Source of the DNA: Octopus bimaculoides
Taxonomy: Eukaryota
Assembly: GCF_001194135.2 (NCBI RefSeq)
Contig: NC_068982.1
Span: forward strand, 129,085,663-129,149,662
Length of the DNA: 64,000 bases
Direction: 5' to 3'
The translations under genes were made by a program, and so were the position numbers. Position 1 is the stretch's first letter; each line of letters begins with the position of its first letter. The notes beneath the pieces were generated by a model. That model made no database searches, had not been told where the DNA came from, and worked only from the letters and a program-made list of their open reading frames with translations. Below are positions 40,801 through 55,442 of the stretch, piece by piece.

Positions 40801-43800
40801 AAAACAACTTAATAATGACAAAGTTAATTTACTAAATTCTTCATACTTTTGAAAACTAATTGAAACAAAGTCAATTTATTTCAAATGAAGAAATTAACAG
40901 AACTGTCTTAATAACATCTGTTTTCTCCATTGTATTAATTCTGCTACTTATTCAGCTTCCCTGAACTTGTTTCATCAACTCTAATTCTACTTCAAACTCT
41001 CTTACTGTTAGGTGTATATTTTAATCTTCATTCTTAAATGTAACATTGAATAATAAGTTCACTGTCAAGTCAAGACATTCCCATGATATTTCTGCAGTTG
41101 GGACATATACATTGTTTTCACTAATCATTTCCATCCTTCTTTGTCTTGAGCTTTCCTTTTGCAGGTCTTGACCACTCCAATATAGAATTATAAATATTGA
41201 CATAATTTCTATTCAAATATTTCATAAGCTTGATAGTCTAGGTGGCACTATTTCTTCAAATTAGTGCTATTGTCTCTCAAATTATGTGCCACCCGCATGG
41301 AAGCCAGTCAGGCAGACCTGGCATCAACCACATTCAGATGGTGTTTTTTACGTGCCATGATATATATTCATTATACTATATATTTGATATACATATATTT
41401 AATATCATATAGAAAGGTGAATCAAAGGTTGGAAATGCATTCACTTAACTAAGAATTTCTAAGGAATTCTAACTATTAGTGTACTCAAAGTATCAAAAAA
41501 TGTGACTTTGAAAATCATCATCATCATCATTTAACGTCTGCTTTCCATGCTAGCATGGGTTGGACGATTTGACTGAAGACTGGTGAACCAGATGGCTACA
41601 CCAGACTCCAATCTGATTTGGCAGAGTTTCTACAGCTGGATGCCCTTCTTAATGTCAACCACTACGAGAGTATAGTGGGTGCTTTTACGTGCCGACACAG
41701 GGCCAGCAGTTTTTGAGTTCGGTAGAGAGTCAATTACATTGACCAGGACTTGACTGGTTTTAATCTCTTTATATTATTGCAATACAATAATCATAATGGG
41801 ATGAGTCAAAAAGCATCTGTGCTTGTGCCAGGTAAAAAGTACTGGTGCTCTAGCCACATAAAAAGCTCCCAGTATTTCTATAAAGTGATTAGCATTAGGA
41901 AGGACATCCAGCTGTAGAAACTATGCCAAAGCAGACAATGGAGCCTGATGCCTCTCTTGGCCTTGCCAGCTCCAGTCAAACCATAAAACCCATGCTAGCA
42001 TGGAAAACAGGACGTTAAATAATGATGATAGTATGAGATGACTAAAATAACCAATGTTCAGAAAACAAATTTAGAGGAGTAACAAAGAAAAAAACAAAAC
42101 AGTATACATATATGAAGAAAATTGAAGATATAGAATCTTACAAGAGCTGTGGACTCAAACCGTTTGTGGTCATCTTGTAGTTTTTCAGCATCTTCTTTAG
42201 ACTGACCCATTTCAGTGTGATTTTTCACCATTACTTCACACAACTCTAAAATCCACTGGACTGCCTGTAGTTAAAAAAAATAACTAAAATAAATATTTTT
42301 ATAAACTCTTATTATTATAATGATTTGAATATTCTACAATTTAAAAATAATGATTTCACAAAGTATTTTTCAAATAAACTGATAATTACAAGTTTTTAAA
42401 AAATATTTTGGTATCAATCAAATAGTCTGAGGCTGGAGTTATTTCTGGATTAAGCTTCCTCCATCCATTTTCTGTAGGGAGTTGTAAGTCTAATCTCTAT
42501 TAACTAGTTAAACAATTAGGATGATATGAAATCAAATGAGTGAGCTGGTAAGCTCTTGGCTGAAGAAATCTAAGTCCATATCACATCATTTGGGCAAAGT
42601 ACTAAATTCTCTATTTTTATCATGCAACAGAATAGGTAATTCACATACACACACACATACAGATAGATAGATATACAAGATACACACACATAGATATATA
42701 TAGATATAGATAGATATGTATTGGCTGTGAAGTAAGAAGTTTACTTTACAACCATATGGTTCCAGGTTCAGTCCTACAGTGTGGTACTTGGGCAAGTGCC
42801 TTCTACTATAGTCTTGGGCTGACCAAAGCCTTGTGAGTGAATTTGATGGACAGAAACTGAAAGAAGCCTGTTGCAAGTATGTGCATGGGTGTTTGTGTCT
42901 CCTTGTTTTGACATTTGGTTGTAAATGATTGTCACTGTCATATGAGCTATGTCACTCACTTCTAATATTCTGTAGAAGCGTACTTAGCCATGGGGAAATA
43001 TTACCTTACCTGGAAACAGGTGAGAGTTGCTAACAGACAGGGTATCTGATCATAGAAAATCTGCCTCAATAAACTTCATTCGAGCCAAGCAAGCATGGAA
43101 AAGCAGATGCTTAAAATGATATTCATGATAATGATGAAACTGAGACTAACGAACAGAGTATTATGAAATTAATCCAGTAAAACTCCTTAGAGTAGAAATT
43201 TGTAAAAGTTTGGGATAAAACACAAAGCTGCTTATTTTTGGAAGTTTTAAAAGTTTTGAAAAACAAACAAAGAAAAACCCATCAAACTATTCCCTTCTCT
43301 CCTTTGAATAAGCTAATGAAATGATCCTAAATAATATTTTTAAAATTATCCTAAAATTTTGTGAAATGTAAAATCTCCCACAAAAATAATCAATTGCAAT
43401 GGTTTTAATTTTCAACAGAAGTTATGAAAATAGGATCCTACAATCATTCTGATATACAATCTCATTGTTATAATTCTATGGGTTAGGATAAACTATGAGG
43501 TGTATATCAAACCTGGTCAGCATCTTTTTCACATGTAAAAAGCTGCAGGATCTGCTGCATTTTAAGTCGTCGAACATCAGCAAGTTCATCACATCGTAAC
43601 TTTCTTTCTTGTAAATCTTCAACACTTTTATTGATGTATTTTATTTGGCTAGCATAATCTGGTGTGATATCAACCCCAATAGAGTTCTTCATTGGCCGAG
43701 ACATTTCATCTAAGAGACTTTGTCCATCATTTAGAGTTTGAATAGCTAACTGGTCTATAAAAAAAAGCAAAAGTTAAACAGAATGAGAGTAAATGTTGTA

Positions 43801-46800
43801 GATATTAAAATACATCATTTTTGCATTTTTTTTTATTATTCCATATTTTTGAGTTAATAGAAAATGCAAGATATTGTCACTGGATCCACTGCTACTGCCA
43901 CTACAAACAACAACATCATCAACAACATTTTGAGTCTGCTTTGCATGCTGACATAGGTTGAGCAGGTAGTCATTGTCTAAATCAGTTCTGTTCAGAGTTA
44001 CTGCCCAATTTTGTCTTGGATTCTTCCACTGAATGTCTCCTACCACTGGCCACTTTACTGAGTGTACCAGGTGCATTTTATTGTAACACCAACACTGGAA
44101 AGGTTGTCTTGTTTACAAGACTGAAGAGCCTTCTCAACTCTGGGCTGTCTTCATTTGTTCAAGGAAGCATGACGAAAAGCAACAACAATAACAGAAAGAT
44201 CATTGTAAGAGTGTGACAGGAATAAGGGTATGATGGAAGAAACAGAGTGATTGGTGTGTGAGGATAATAGAGGGGAAATGATGAAAAAGTGGAAGTGTTG
44301 GGGAATAATGGAAGAGAGACAGTAATGGCAGCTACACAACTGCTTGTGTGTAGAGATTGAGTAATGGAAGGTAATAGAGACAGGTAATGGTATTAAAGAG
44401 TAGTGGATGTCAAAAGTGAATGATCTAGGGGAGAGAGAGTGATGGTAGAGAATATAGGAAACAAACAAATTCAATGTTATCCTTTGTATATAGGCATCTT
44501 GATAATGTTAAAAGAAAATAGAAAACAGAAAAACTAAAGACTTGTAAAACACAATAACTTAATTTAATTATGCCATTCATGTACATTTGTAGATGGAGAC
44601 ATGGACAACAAATACAACATCAACATATATAATTTTACTGTTTACTTTGGGAAAAAAATGTCTGCCTCAAGCCTATAAACTCATGTATCTGGCTCTTGTC
44701 TGGACTTTCAAGTGTATTCAGGCTGATATGACAAGACTAAACAAGATGACAGTCCATTGCAGGCTTAACCCTCACAAGTACTAGGAGTACCATGGTTAAC
44801 CTTCAGGTGCCCTGATATCATTTTCAGCCGAGTGTATTGGGTTAACATGAAATGAAGTGTTTTGCTGCACACAACCAGATCCAAAACTCAAATCTACAAC
44901 CCAATAAATGAGCACTATACACCTTAACTACTAGGCGATGCACCCTTACCACTTTGAGAAAGAGGTAATTCAATAGAGCTCATGTTTAATATTCAGTATT
45001 TGAAAGCTGATTTTACACAGCATATACAATTATGATGAGACCATTTTGTAAGTAAAAAGTAAATTGAGAGGAAGTACCTATTTCTTTGCATTTCTCATTG
45101 AGATCATTAAGTTCAGTTGCAGCCATTGCAGAATTTTCAGGTTTGGTTTCAGAACATAGAAACTCCAACAACTCATCCAAATGTGATGATAACTGAAGAC
45201 ATATTAGAAAACATAGGAGATAACAATACTGGAAAATATCTTGAACACTTGCAAATGACCATATAATGAGGAGATCATATTTATCTAAAAATAAATATAT
45301 TTAGCAAGAAACCCTTATTGAGTAATTGGTCTGGGCTATACAACTAATTAATTATCAGAGACATAGATTGTCTGACAGGTGTAATTAATATTTGACGCAG
45401 CATTTTATAATGATTATTTTACGCCAATAATAAACTCCTTTACTATTGCATCACTCACATAGTTTTCTTTCTTAGACTTACTCAACTGTACAAGCGCACA
45501 TTCATTTCTTATTTCTTTGCTTCTTAATGTTATTGTAATGTCTTTATATCTAAACAATGAATTACAGAATAGAGACAAGACTCTCTCATAACATCATTTA
45601 TAAACTCTATAACGTGAATGTGGCTACTTAGTTATAAGTTTTCGTCAACCAAATAATGAAGCAAAAAAGCTCATCATACAGTTGTAATACCTTCCAGCGT
45701 TTTTAAAATATTTAAAAATATTATTATATTATATTTTCTGTTAAAATAAATTTTTTTTCAGTTATCTCAAATTATTGTTCATGCTTAAAAGAGGAAATAA
45801 CTTATTTTAAAATCATTAATCTCAAACTGAATTACAAATATTGTAATACTTTTCAATGTTAGATTTAACTCTTTTTAGATCAGCCTTTTTTTTTGTGTGT
45901 GTAGCTATATAACTTTTGGTTATCTTTTCTTGTCTTTTTCAGGCTTATGCTTAAAAAAATTATTTCAGTACTAATGATAAATTTAGCTACATATTCTTTT
46001 CCCTTGTTCTTAAATTTATAATTTATTTATAACAGCATTGATAGTTGCTATATTTTGCTTTGAGTCATTTGTTCTCTCTATAGATGCCTTTTGAGTCATT
46101 TGTTCTCTCTATAGATGCCTTTTGAGTCATTTGTTCTCTCTATAGATGCCTTTTGAGTCATTTGTTCTCTCTATAGATGCCTTTCATAACAATGACAAAG
46201 ATAAATACAAAGCAAAAGCACATGGAGATTAAGCTATTTCACATTTCCATTAAATATCACTCCAAATAGAAAATATTATTTAAGGCTTGTAATTTCATCA
46301 TCATGCAAAATAAAATTGATTTCTGTAATATCATAGACTATAGCATTATTAGATGTTCTGAAGATTTCTACATTCATTTTGTTACTCTAGCATAGTGAGT
46401 TATCAGAAGATTCACTTTATATAATCATTTTTGCTACTAAACAGTTCTGAACTGAGAAACAAATCATTTGTAGCAAATAATTTGTCTAATAAATTATTGG
46501 TGCTAAATAAACTTACATCTTCAGCAAAACGATGAAACCGAACTGAGGTTATTAACAGAATCTTGCGTCTTTCTAATCTGCTAGCAAAACTCCGACAAAC
46601 TGTATCCATATAGTCTCTTTGTGCAAGGATATCATCAGAACAGCTTGGATCCTCTTCAACAAGTTTTTCTGCTTTATGCCGCAATTCAGCATAATTTCCG
46701 TATGTTTCCTACAGAGCAAGATGCAATATTGAGTTGAATTTCAAGAAAACAAATACTTTTTTGAACAAAAATAAAAATTGACTAAACTGTGTGAATTTAA

Positions 46801-48418
46801 ATTTAATATGAATGAATATGCCCTTCTGAGGCCCCAGTTATTAAAGCCTTGGGTACAAATCCTTCAATGTGTCTTCAAGCTCTCTTTAGGATGAAAAGAA
46901 CCATGGACCCTAAATTTTCTTCCAACCCAATTTACATTTTAGGTTGATTTCAGTAGCCTTTGCCTCTCCACAGACAATGAGGTTTTATGCCCAGAATTGT
47001 TCTGTCCAGAATCAATATTGTGGATTGTGAAGACAGAAAAAAGTCATGTACTGTATTTGATTTTAACTTAGTAGTGCCAGAGTTGAAAATCTATAGGACA
47101 TTAGCTATCAAGGCCAGAAAAGTTTCCTTTATGAGGCAAGGAACACATTCTTGCATCTTCAAAGATTAGTAACGTAGTAACATGGACATTTTCAGCATAA
47201 TTTTCTTTAATATTTCTTCATTTTACCTTGAAATACAAACTATGTAACGGTTAACCCCTCCTAATACCAATCCACCTGAAACTGCCCTTAGCCCTATGAC
47301 ACAAACTTCCTGTTTAAAAGTGATTTAAGTTAAAACCTTCAATGAAACCTTCATGTTAATTTAAGTTCCAAACACCAACTTAATAGCAACAGAGACATTT
47401 TACAAAATTTTTCATTATTTTCAGGATTAATTAAAACAAAAGCAGTATATGTCAACAGAAATATGGTAACAAAAGGGTTACATGTGAGAAAGTACTATAA
47501 CTATTTTCTTACAGCACACTTGATCTGCAATTCTTCATGTGTTTTCCTGAATTTTTCAGCTGTTTCACATGTATCTCCAATATCAATATTGCACGAAAGT
47601 AGTTTTTCACCAGGTCCAAGAATCCAGTCAACAACCTGTTAATTGAAGATTTAGAATTACATTACCATAAAATTATATAATATAATATAATTACCATAAT
47701 ACTATATAAATTACGTAGTACTAATGCAAAATTATTTTTAAATACTTTTAAAATTAATGTTTTAATTTTCAATAGATTAACTCACATTGAAAAGAGAATT
47801 AAATAAAATTATTTATACAATAGAAAACTATAGTTTAAGTGATATTAAATATTACTTTTCATCACAGACACAAGCACACACACACACACTAACGCATATA
47901 CAAATACAACAAACCTCTTTAGTTTCCATCTACCAATTTACTCACAAGGCATTTGTCAGTCCAGGGCTATATAACAAAATATACTTGCCCATTGCACCAC
48001 ACAATGGGACTGAACCTAAAACCTTGTGATTGTGGAACAAACATATATCAATAGGTGCAGGCATAGCTATGTGATAAGAAGTTTACTTCTCAACCATAAG
48101 GTTCTGGGTTCAGTACTACTGTATGGTGACTTGGGAAAATATCTTCTATTATAGCCTTGGGCCAACCAAAACCTTGTGAGAGAATTTGGTAGACAGAAAC
48201 TGAAAGAAGCCTGCTGTACACACACACACGTGTGTGTGTGTCTATGTTTGTACCCCACCACTGCTTGACAATTGGTGTGGGTGTGTTTGCATTCCCTGCA
48301 ACATGGTGGTTTGACAACAGAAACGAATAGATTAAGTACCAGGCTTTACAAAAATAAGTACTGGGGTCTATTCATTCAACTAAAACACATGACAGTAGTT
48401 TAATGACTGAAACAAGAT

Positions 48419-48459
<41 letters not shown>

Positions 48460-50366
48460 CTGTCAGCACACAGTCAATGTGATGGATGTGGTGGAGATGA
48501 TATAAGTCAAATGAGCTTGACCTTGACGGACAGATGACAGACTGAATGTACACAGGCAAGGAATCTGAGGCCCCACAAACAGGAAAATCCTTGTAAGTAA
48601 ATACTTAGACCAATGCCTTGCAAATACAAATCTGAAATGTCAGATTTTCATTCTCTATCAATGCACCAGAAACACTTCAAACCAATTCCGATTAAATAAG
48701 GAAAATATGTTTATTAAAGAATATGAACCACAACTAAATATCCTATAACACACCAGAAAATAAAAACCCCAACTCCAAACTACTGTACAGTAAACACCTT
48801 ACACCTTCTCAAACACCAGCTGCTGACATCACCTCAGACTAAACCAATGAGATTTTTCTCATGTTTATTTGTTATGATCTTCATTGAACATTTACACTTA
48901 TATTACTGTCTATCCCTATGAAACTCACTGAAATTTCTGTGAAAATTTGAACATTTGATTGTTTAAATAGGTTTTTCCATATTTTAATTTGCAACTATAA
49001 ACTCTCCTAAACCTTTTGTTTATTTTATTCTCACCATTGTAAGCAAAAAATTGTATTTGAATAAATCTATTACAAAATTTTAAAATGACTACATGCTTTG
49101 CAATTCAAATGCATTTTCAAATTCTCCTATATTTTTTCCTGCATGGGAATACACTTCTCTCCATCTATACACATGAATCATTTCATCCTGTTGAACCATT
49201 AATCCATACACATTTTGTCTCTCTCCATTTTCTACATTCTCTCTCCATTTTTCCCCCTCTCAATCCTTTCTGTCAAAACGCGTAGGCTGAAACATCAAAG
49301 ATTGTTCCATTCTTTCCTAACATCAAACTAATATATCTGCTTGTTGTTCTTTCATCTGAGTTGTCTTTTGTTTTCTGTAAATTTGAACTATATATACATA
49401 TATTACACTGGCACATGAAAAGCAACATTTGAGCGTGGTCATTGCAAGTGCTGCCAGATTGGCTCCCATGCAGGTGGCATGTAAAAAACACCTTTTGAGT
49501 GTGGTTGTTGCCAGTACAGCCTGACAGGCCCTCATACCAGTGGCACGTAAAAGCACCCACTACACTCTCAGAGTGGTTAGCATTAGGATGGGCATCCAGC
49601 TGTAGAAACTTTGCCAGATCAGATTGGAGCCTGGTGCAGCCTTCTGGCTCGCCAGTCTTCAGTCAAACCGTCCAACCCATGCCAGCATAGAAAGCGGACG
49701 TTAAACGACTATGATGATGATGATGATGATTACATACCGTACTTATAGAAATTTGTAATTCTGAAATTATTTCTTTCCTTCCAGCTGAGTGAGTTTCATT
49801 TTCCTGGATTTGAAGCAATCTTTCCATTTTTCTCTCCAAAAAATGGATAACTCGTTTCACTTGTTTCTGAGTTTCTAAATTGTCTAAGGTAAATACTGTA
49901 TCTTCTTCACTACTGAAAGACTGTTCACCATTTTTCTGCAACTGATTCAACAGAATTTTCCCTGAAGAAAATTAAAAAGAAAACATGAGAGAAAGAAATT
50001 TAATTTTGCTTTAATCAGAAGTCTCCAAACTTATTCTCAGAACTTGTGTCTATATTTTATAAACAGCCCACACCATCTAAATTATAATGAAACATTAAAC
50101 AAAGCAAACACTCATTTAGAGAAAAAACATTTATTTATATAAGAAAACATGTAATAATTTATTATTTTGAAAATGGTCAATACCGCTTGTTTTTAAGATA
50201 AATTGTTAGGTTGCAAGCATGGCAGTGTGGTTAAGAAGTTTGCTTTGCAACCATGTGATTTCGGTTTTAGTCTCACTGCATGGCATCTTGGACAAGTGTC
50301 TTCTACTCTAGCTCCAGGCTGACCAAGCCCTAGAAACCTGTTGTATATTCAATATATATATATATG

Positions 50367-50428
<62 letters not shown>

Positions 50429-50812
50429 CAGTGACAGTGGCATATAAAAGGCACAAGTGTAAATAACACATAAAACACATCCATAGAAACAATGAGGCAT
50501 CCTAGAAACAGTGAGGCATACAACACTATTGTGCAAAATCTTCCTTTACTAACTACAGACCCGAAAGTGAACAACATCCTGAAAGCATATAAATTCATCA
50601 AATACAAAAAGCAACACAAATCGCTAAAGAGACTTCTAACAAATGTGAAGCTTTACACAACAACCATGAAATCAACAGTTAAAAAATGTGGACGCCCAAA
50701 CTGTGGAACATGCCTCAACCTACTTGAAGGCTCGGATTTCCTTTTCAAACATGGAGAGAGGTTCACAATTAAAACCAACTTCACCTGTGCCTCTGAGAAC
50801 CTAATTTATGTA

Positions 50813-50844
<32 letters not shown>

Positions 50845-53800
50845 GGGGTATGTGTATGTTTGTGTTTCCTTGTCTTGTGTGATAGTTGTAAATGAGTGTC
50901 ATACACGCAATGTCATTCATTTCCAATATTCTGTATGAACATGGCCATGGGGAAAGATTACTTCGCTTGGAAGCAGGTAAGCGTTGGCAAAGGAAAGGGC
51001 ATTCAGCCATAGGAAATTCGCTTCAATAAACTCTGACCCATGCAAGCATGAAAATGAAGGACATTAAAACAATGATGATTCAAACCAATGAATATCAGCA
51101 GTTCAAGCTGTATATAAGTCATTGAATCAATAAATCTAGTTATTCCATATCCCAATATCTTTATCCTGGAAATTTCAAACAAATGTAATTTTGTAATTTT
51201 TGCTTTTTATATGGTAATGTATCTTAAATTCATTTAACTTACCATAATTAATAACATTTGCAGGTACAGACATCACAGTATTATTCCATTTATGGCGTCT
51301 CTTCAAATCAGCAACTGGACTTAAAGAATTATCTTTAGCAGAAACCCGGTGGATCTGAGCTTCAGCATGATCCAAGTGATTTGAAGCTGATTTAGAGTCT
51401 TTCATGAACTTTTCAAAATCCTATTGAATAAAAAATAGATACATTAAAATGTAGTATTTTTATCAAAGTTTACTTCATATTTTAAAACAGTGGTTAATTA
51501 TAAATTGTAGATGGGGAAAGACTTCTAAAATGAACTGAGTCAATATTTAACATAGGAAAAACATCTATATTAATAACAATACCTTTATGGTAAATTAGAA
51601 AATTTTTAGGAAGTTGACATATTATGGTATCAAAACTTTAACTACTATTACACACTTGAAGGGTTATTTTTAAATCTTAATGAAAAAAAAATTATTTTGA
51701 AAATATTTACTGTATTATACATGCAATGAAAATAAAAATTTATAAAAGTAAATTTCAAAAAAGCAATGCAAAATGCTCAGCAACGGTGTTTATACTTACC
51801 ATACGATTCTGAAGCCAATGGCTGTGTTTAAAAGGTAACTGTCCACCAAGATTTTCAGTCAGTTGGTAGGGACTTATAAAATTTGTCAACTGTTTTAATG
51901 TGACATACTGAATCTGTAAATGGATTTCATAAAGAAAAGAAAGAAAAAAAATCAAAGGTAAGCAAACATAAAAATCAATATTCATCAACAAAATATTCCC
52001 ACCCATCTATCTCTTCCACATCTATTCCTGGAAGGGTCATAGGGGGAAATACCAGACATCTCCTCCATTAGGGTCCTCTCAGAAGCAACTGTCATTACAC
52101 TTCCTGGCTGGATCCCCAAACATGACCAACTGAGACTATGGATATTATTCGATCATCTCATTCGTGGTCTACCCTTAGATCTCCTGCTATTTGACTTGGC
52201 TTGAAGAATCTGTCTTGTGATTCTTTCCAGTAACATTCTGATCAAATGTCCTTAGTACCAGAGCTGTTACCTCTTAATGTGGAGAAGTAGCAGCTTGACT
52301 TGGAGAGACTCCCTGATCTCAGAGCTATGTACCCTGTTAAGTTAAACTATTCCAGAGATCCTTTGGAAGAACTCCCTTTCATCTGCTTGTATTCACAATC
52401 ATACATTTTTGGTCATTATCCAATATTCATGACCATAGGTGAGAATAGGTATAAAAACCAAATTGCAGATAGCAAGTTTGGCTCTTTTGTTTTCACCAAT
52501 GTCTCCTCATCTGAGAATTGCCTGCAGAAGTTTGTGCATTATTGCAGCAGCAGCAGCAGCAGTTATAGCATCCAATTGTAATTTATTTTTTATCAAGTTG
52601 GCTTTTTTCGATGCTCCTATATTAATTATACACTCACAAGGCTTTGTTTGGCCCTAGGCTACAGTAGAAGACACTTGCCCAAGGTACCACCAGTGGGACT
52701 GAACCAGGAACCATGTGGTGTGGAAGCAAAAGTCTTATCACAGAGCCACACCTGCAACCATGTATATATTTAAATGTCAAGTGATAGAAATGGAGAGATA
52801 TGTAGAGATACTTTTATTAGTAAAATATACTAGTGAGTCAAAGATAAATGTAAAATAATTAAAAATGGCCTGTTACAAAGATAAGCTGCTGATCCCTACA
52901 TTAGAATTTAAAGTTAAAGTACCCTGTCAGCAATGTCTATATTCAAACGTCCAGGATTATCTTCAGGAGATGTTTTCAGTATTAAAATTCTTTTTAATTG
53001 TTCATGTAGTGATTTCTGAAAGAAATGTAGAAAATATATGTATTTAAATTGTAATTGTGAAAAACAATTAATGCTGAAAAATAAAACAAATAAGTTGAAA
53101 TAAATAAAAAATATAATTATAAAACTGAAACATTCCAAGTTCAAGTAATCATGTCTAAACAACTGGTCAATATTGAAATGAAATATGCTTTACAGTGAGC
53201 TATACATTTTTATTTAACACATATTTTGGAATGAGCCAATGAGGCAGCCCCTATGTGATTCACTCAATGTACTAGAAATAACAGCCAAACTGTAAAATCA
53301 CATCACATTATTTCAGTTATACTATGTCTCAATAAAAGACAATATAATCTTGACTACAATGCATTTAATCATATGAGGGGTGTTCTTTAAAGATTTCCCC
53401 TGACTCACTTCCCAAGAACTGGGATAAGCGAAACTTGGCATAATTATTAGCCTTTCTCTACATAGCCACCACCAATGGTGACACACTTCAACCACCGTTT
53501 TATGCAGCTGTGAAGACCTTGTCTGTAGAAGTCAGTAGGTTATGTCTGAGCCAAGACTTTACCTCAGAAATAAGCTCATCATCATCCGTAAAGTGTTTCC
53601 CCTTCAAAAAAGACTTCATGGTTGGAAAGAGGTGGAAGTTAGATGGTGCAAGGCCAGGAGAGTAAGGGGGATGAGGAAGGATTTCATAGCTGCAGGAGTG
53701 TGCTTTCATCTGGGCAACAAGCGTATTGTGAACTGGGGTGTTGTCTTGGATGAGGCAGACTCCTTTGGTCAGCATGCCACGCCTCTCTGCTTTGATGGCG

Positions 53801-55402
53801 TCCAGCAATTTCTGCAGCAGAGAAACATAATATATCCCATGAATGGTGGTGCTCTTTGCCAGAAAATCCACCATCACTACTCCGTGTAGGTACCAAAAGG
53901 CTGTGAGCATCACCTTGCCTGCTGAGGGTTGGACATGAGCCTTCTTTGGAAGTGGTGAGTGATTATACTTCCATTGCTTCGACTGGTCATTAGTCTCAGG
54001 ATCATAGTGATGTTTCATCCTGTATGATAAGTATGCCACAAAAGTCCTCCTCGTTTACTTGGCACATTGCCATAAGAACCTGGGAGCAATTGACTTGTTC
54101 CTGCTTCTGAAAAGGTGTGAGCATCCAGGGAATCCACAACTTCTGCATGTGCAAATGGTTGTGAATGTTTTTTTTTTTTCCCACAGACCCTACATTTATC
54201 TTCACTTCTTGGGCTAGTTGTCGAATAGTTATGCAGCAATCCTCCAAAATGATGGCTTCCACTTTATGGATGGTGTAGTCATCAATGGCGAAATGTGGCC
54301 ATCCAGGAATGGGAGCAGTTTCCACCGATGTCCAACTGCATTTGAATTGGCAATGCCAGTGCTTGACAATGTCATATGATGGTGCATTGTAATCATAAAC
54401 TTCTTTCATTTCATCAAAAGTTTCTTTTGGTGTACGACCTTTCAAGTATAAGAACCTGATCACTGATAAGCCCTTAGTCCACTTCAGCAGCAGAAGTAAA
54501 AAACAAACGAATACTAGTGGAAAGCTGAAATGCAAAAAGTTGGAATAAATACTACATTTTATCCGAACCCCTAACAACTTTGTCAATTTTCTGTGCTTTA
54601 CAATAAAGGTATGAAGTGCCTTACCTTTAAAACCTCCAGAAGATAATACAAATCTGACCAGGTTTCTGATCTGTTGTCAATAATCACTGTAAATCCTTGC
54701 CATTGAGATTCTTCACTGAAAATAACATTTCATATGGAATTTTAGGAATGATTTAATGGTTTCAAATTTTGGCACAAGGTTAGCAATTTGAGGGGAGGGA
54801 GAAGTTGATTACATTGACCCCAGTGCTCAATCTCAAAAGGATGACAGGTGAAACTGACCATGACAGAATCTTAACATTGAGCATAAAGAGCTGGAAAAAA
54901 TATCACTAGACATTTTGTCTGGCACATTAATGAGTCTGCCAGCTTGCTGCTTTCATTTTAGAAAAATTTTAATAATTAACTGACAGTTATACATGATAAA
55001 AAAAATCATGAGTTTTGGTTTTGTAAAAATTATCACATATATTTAATTAGCCCCAGCATATTAGTCAATCTCAGATAATAAACAAAGCCAGCTCCAAGAT
55101 AGTTTAAAAAGAGATGCAAGAGACATCAAGTATGATGAATAAATCAATGTTTATAAGTATTTTTCAGTTACAGTAGCCACAAGTCATATCTTAAACAATA
55201 ACACCTCTAGTTTATTTTCTCTTGAAATTATAATAAATTAATTTTCAAATTCTCAATATTTCAGACATATTGTGTGTTAGTGTTGCTAACCAGATTATCA
55301 TGCTCTGTTGGTGATATCTAGCTTTAAGTACAAGGTGGTTATCTATAGCCCAAGGCTTACAAAAGCTTTGTAAGACAGAACTTGAAAGAAGCCTGTTATA
55401 TA

Positions 55403-55442
<40 letters not shown>

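Noticed and set aside
46059-46182. Possible CRISPR-like 31-bp repeats
   Set aside because: Head-to-tail with no spacers, eukaryotic context, no cas genes.
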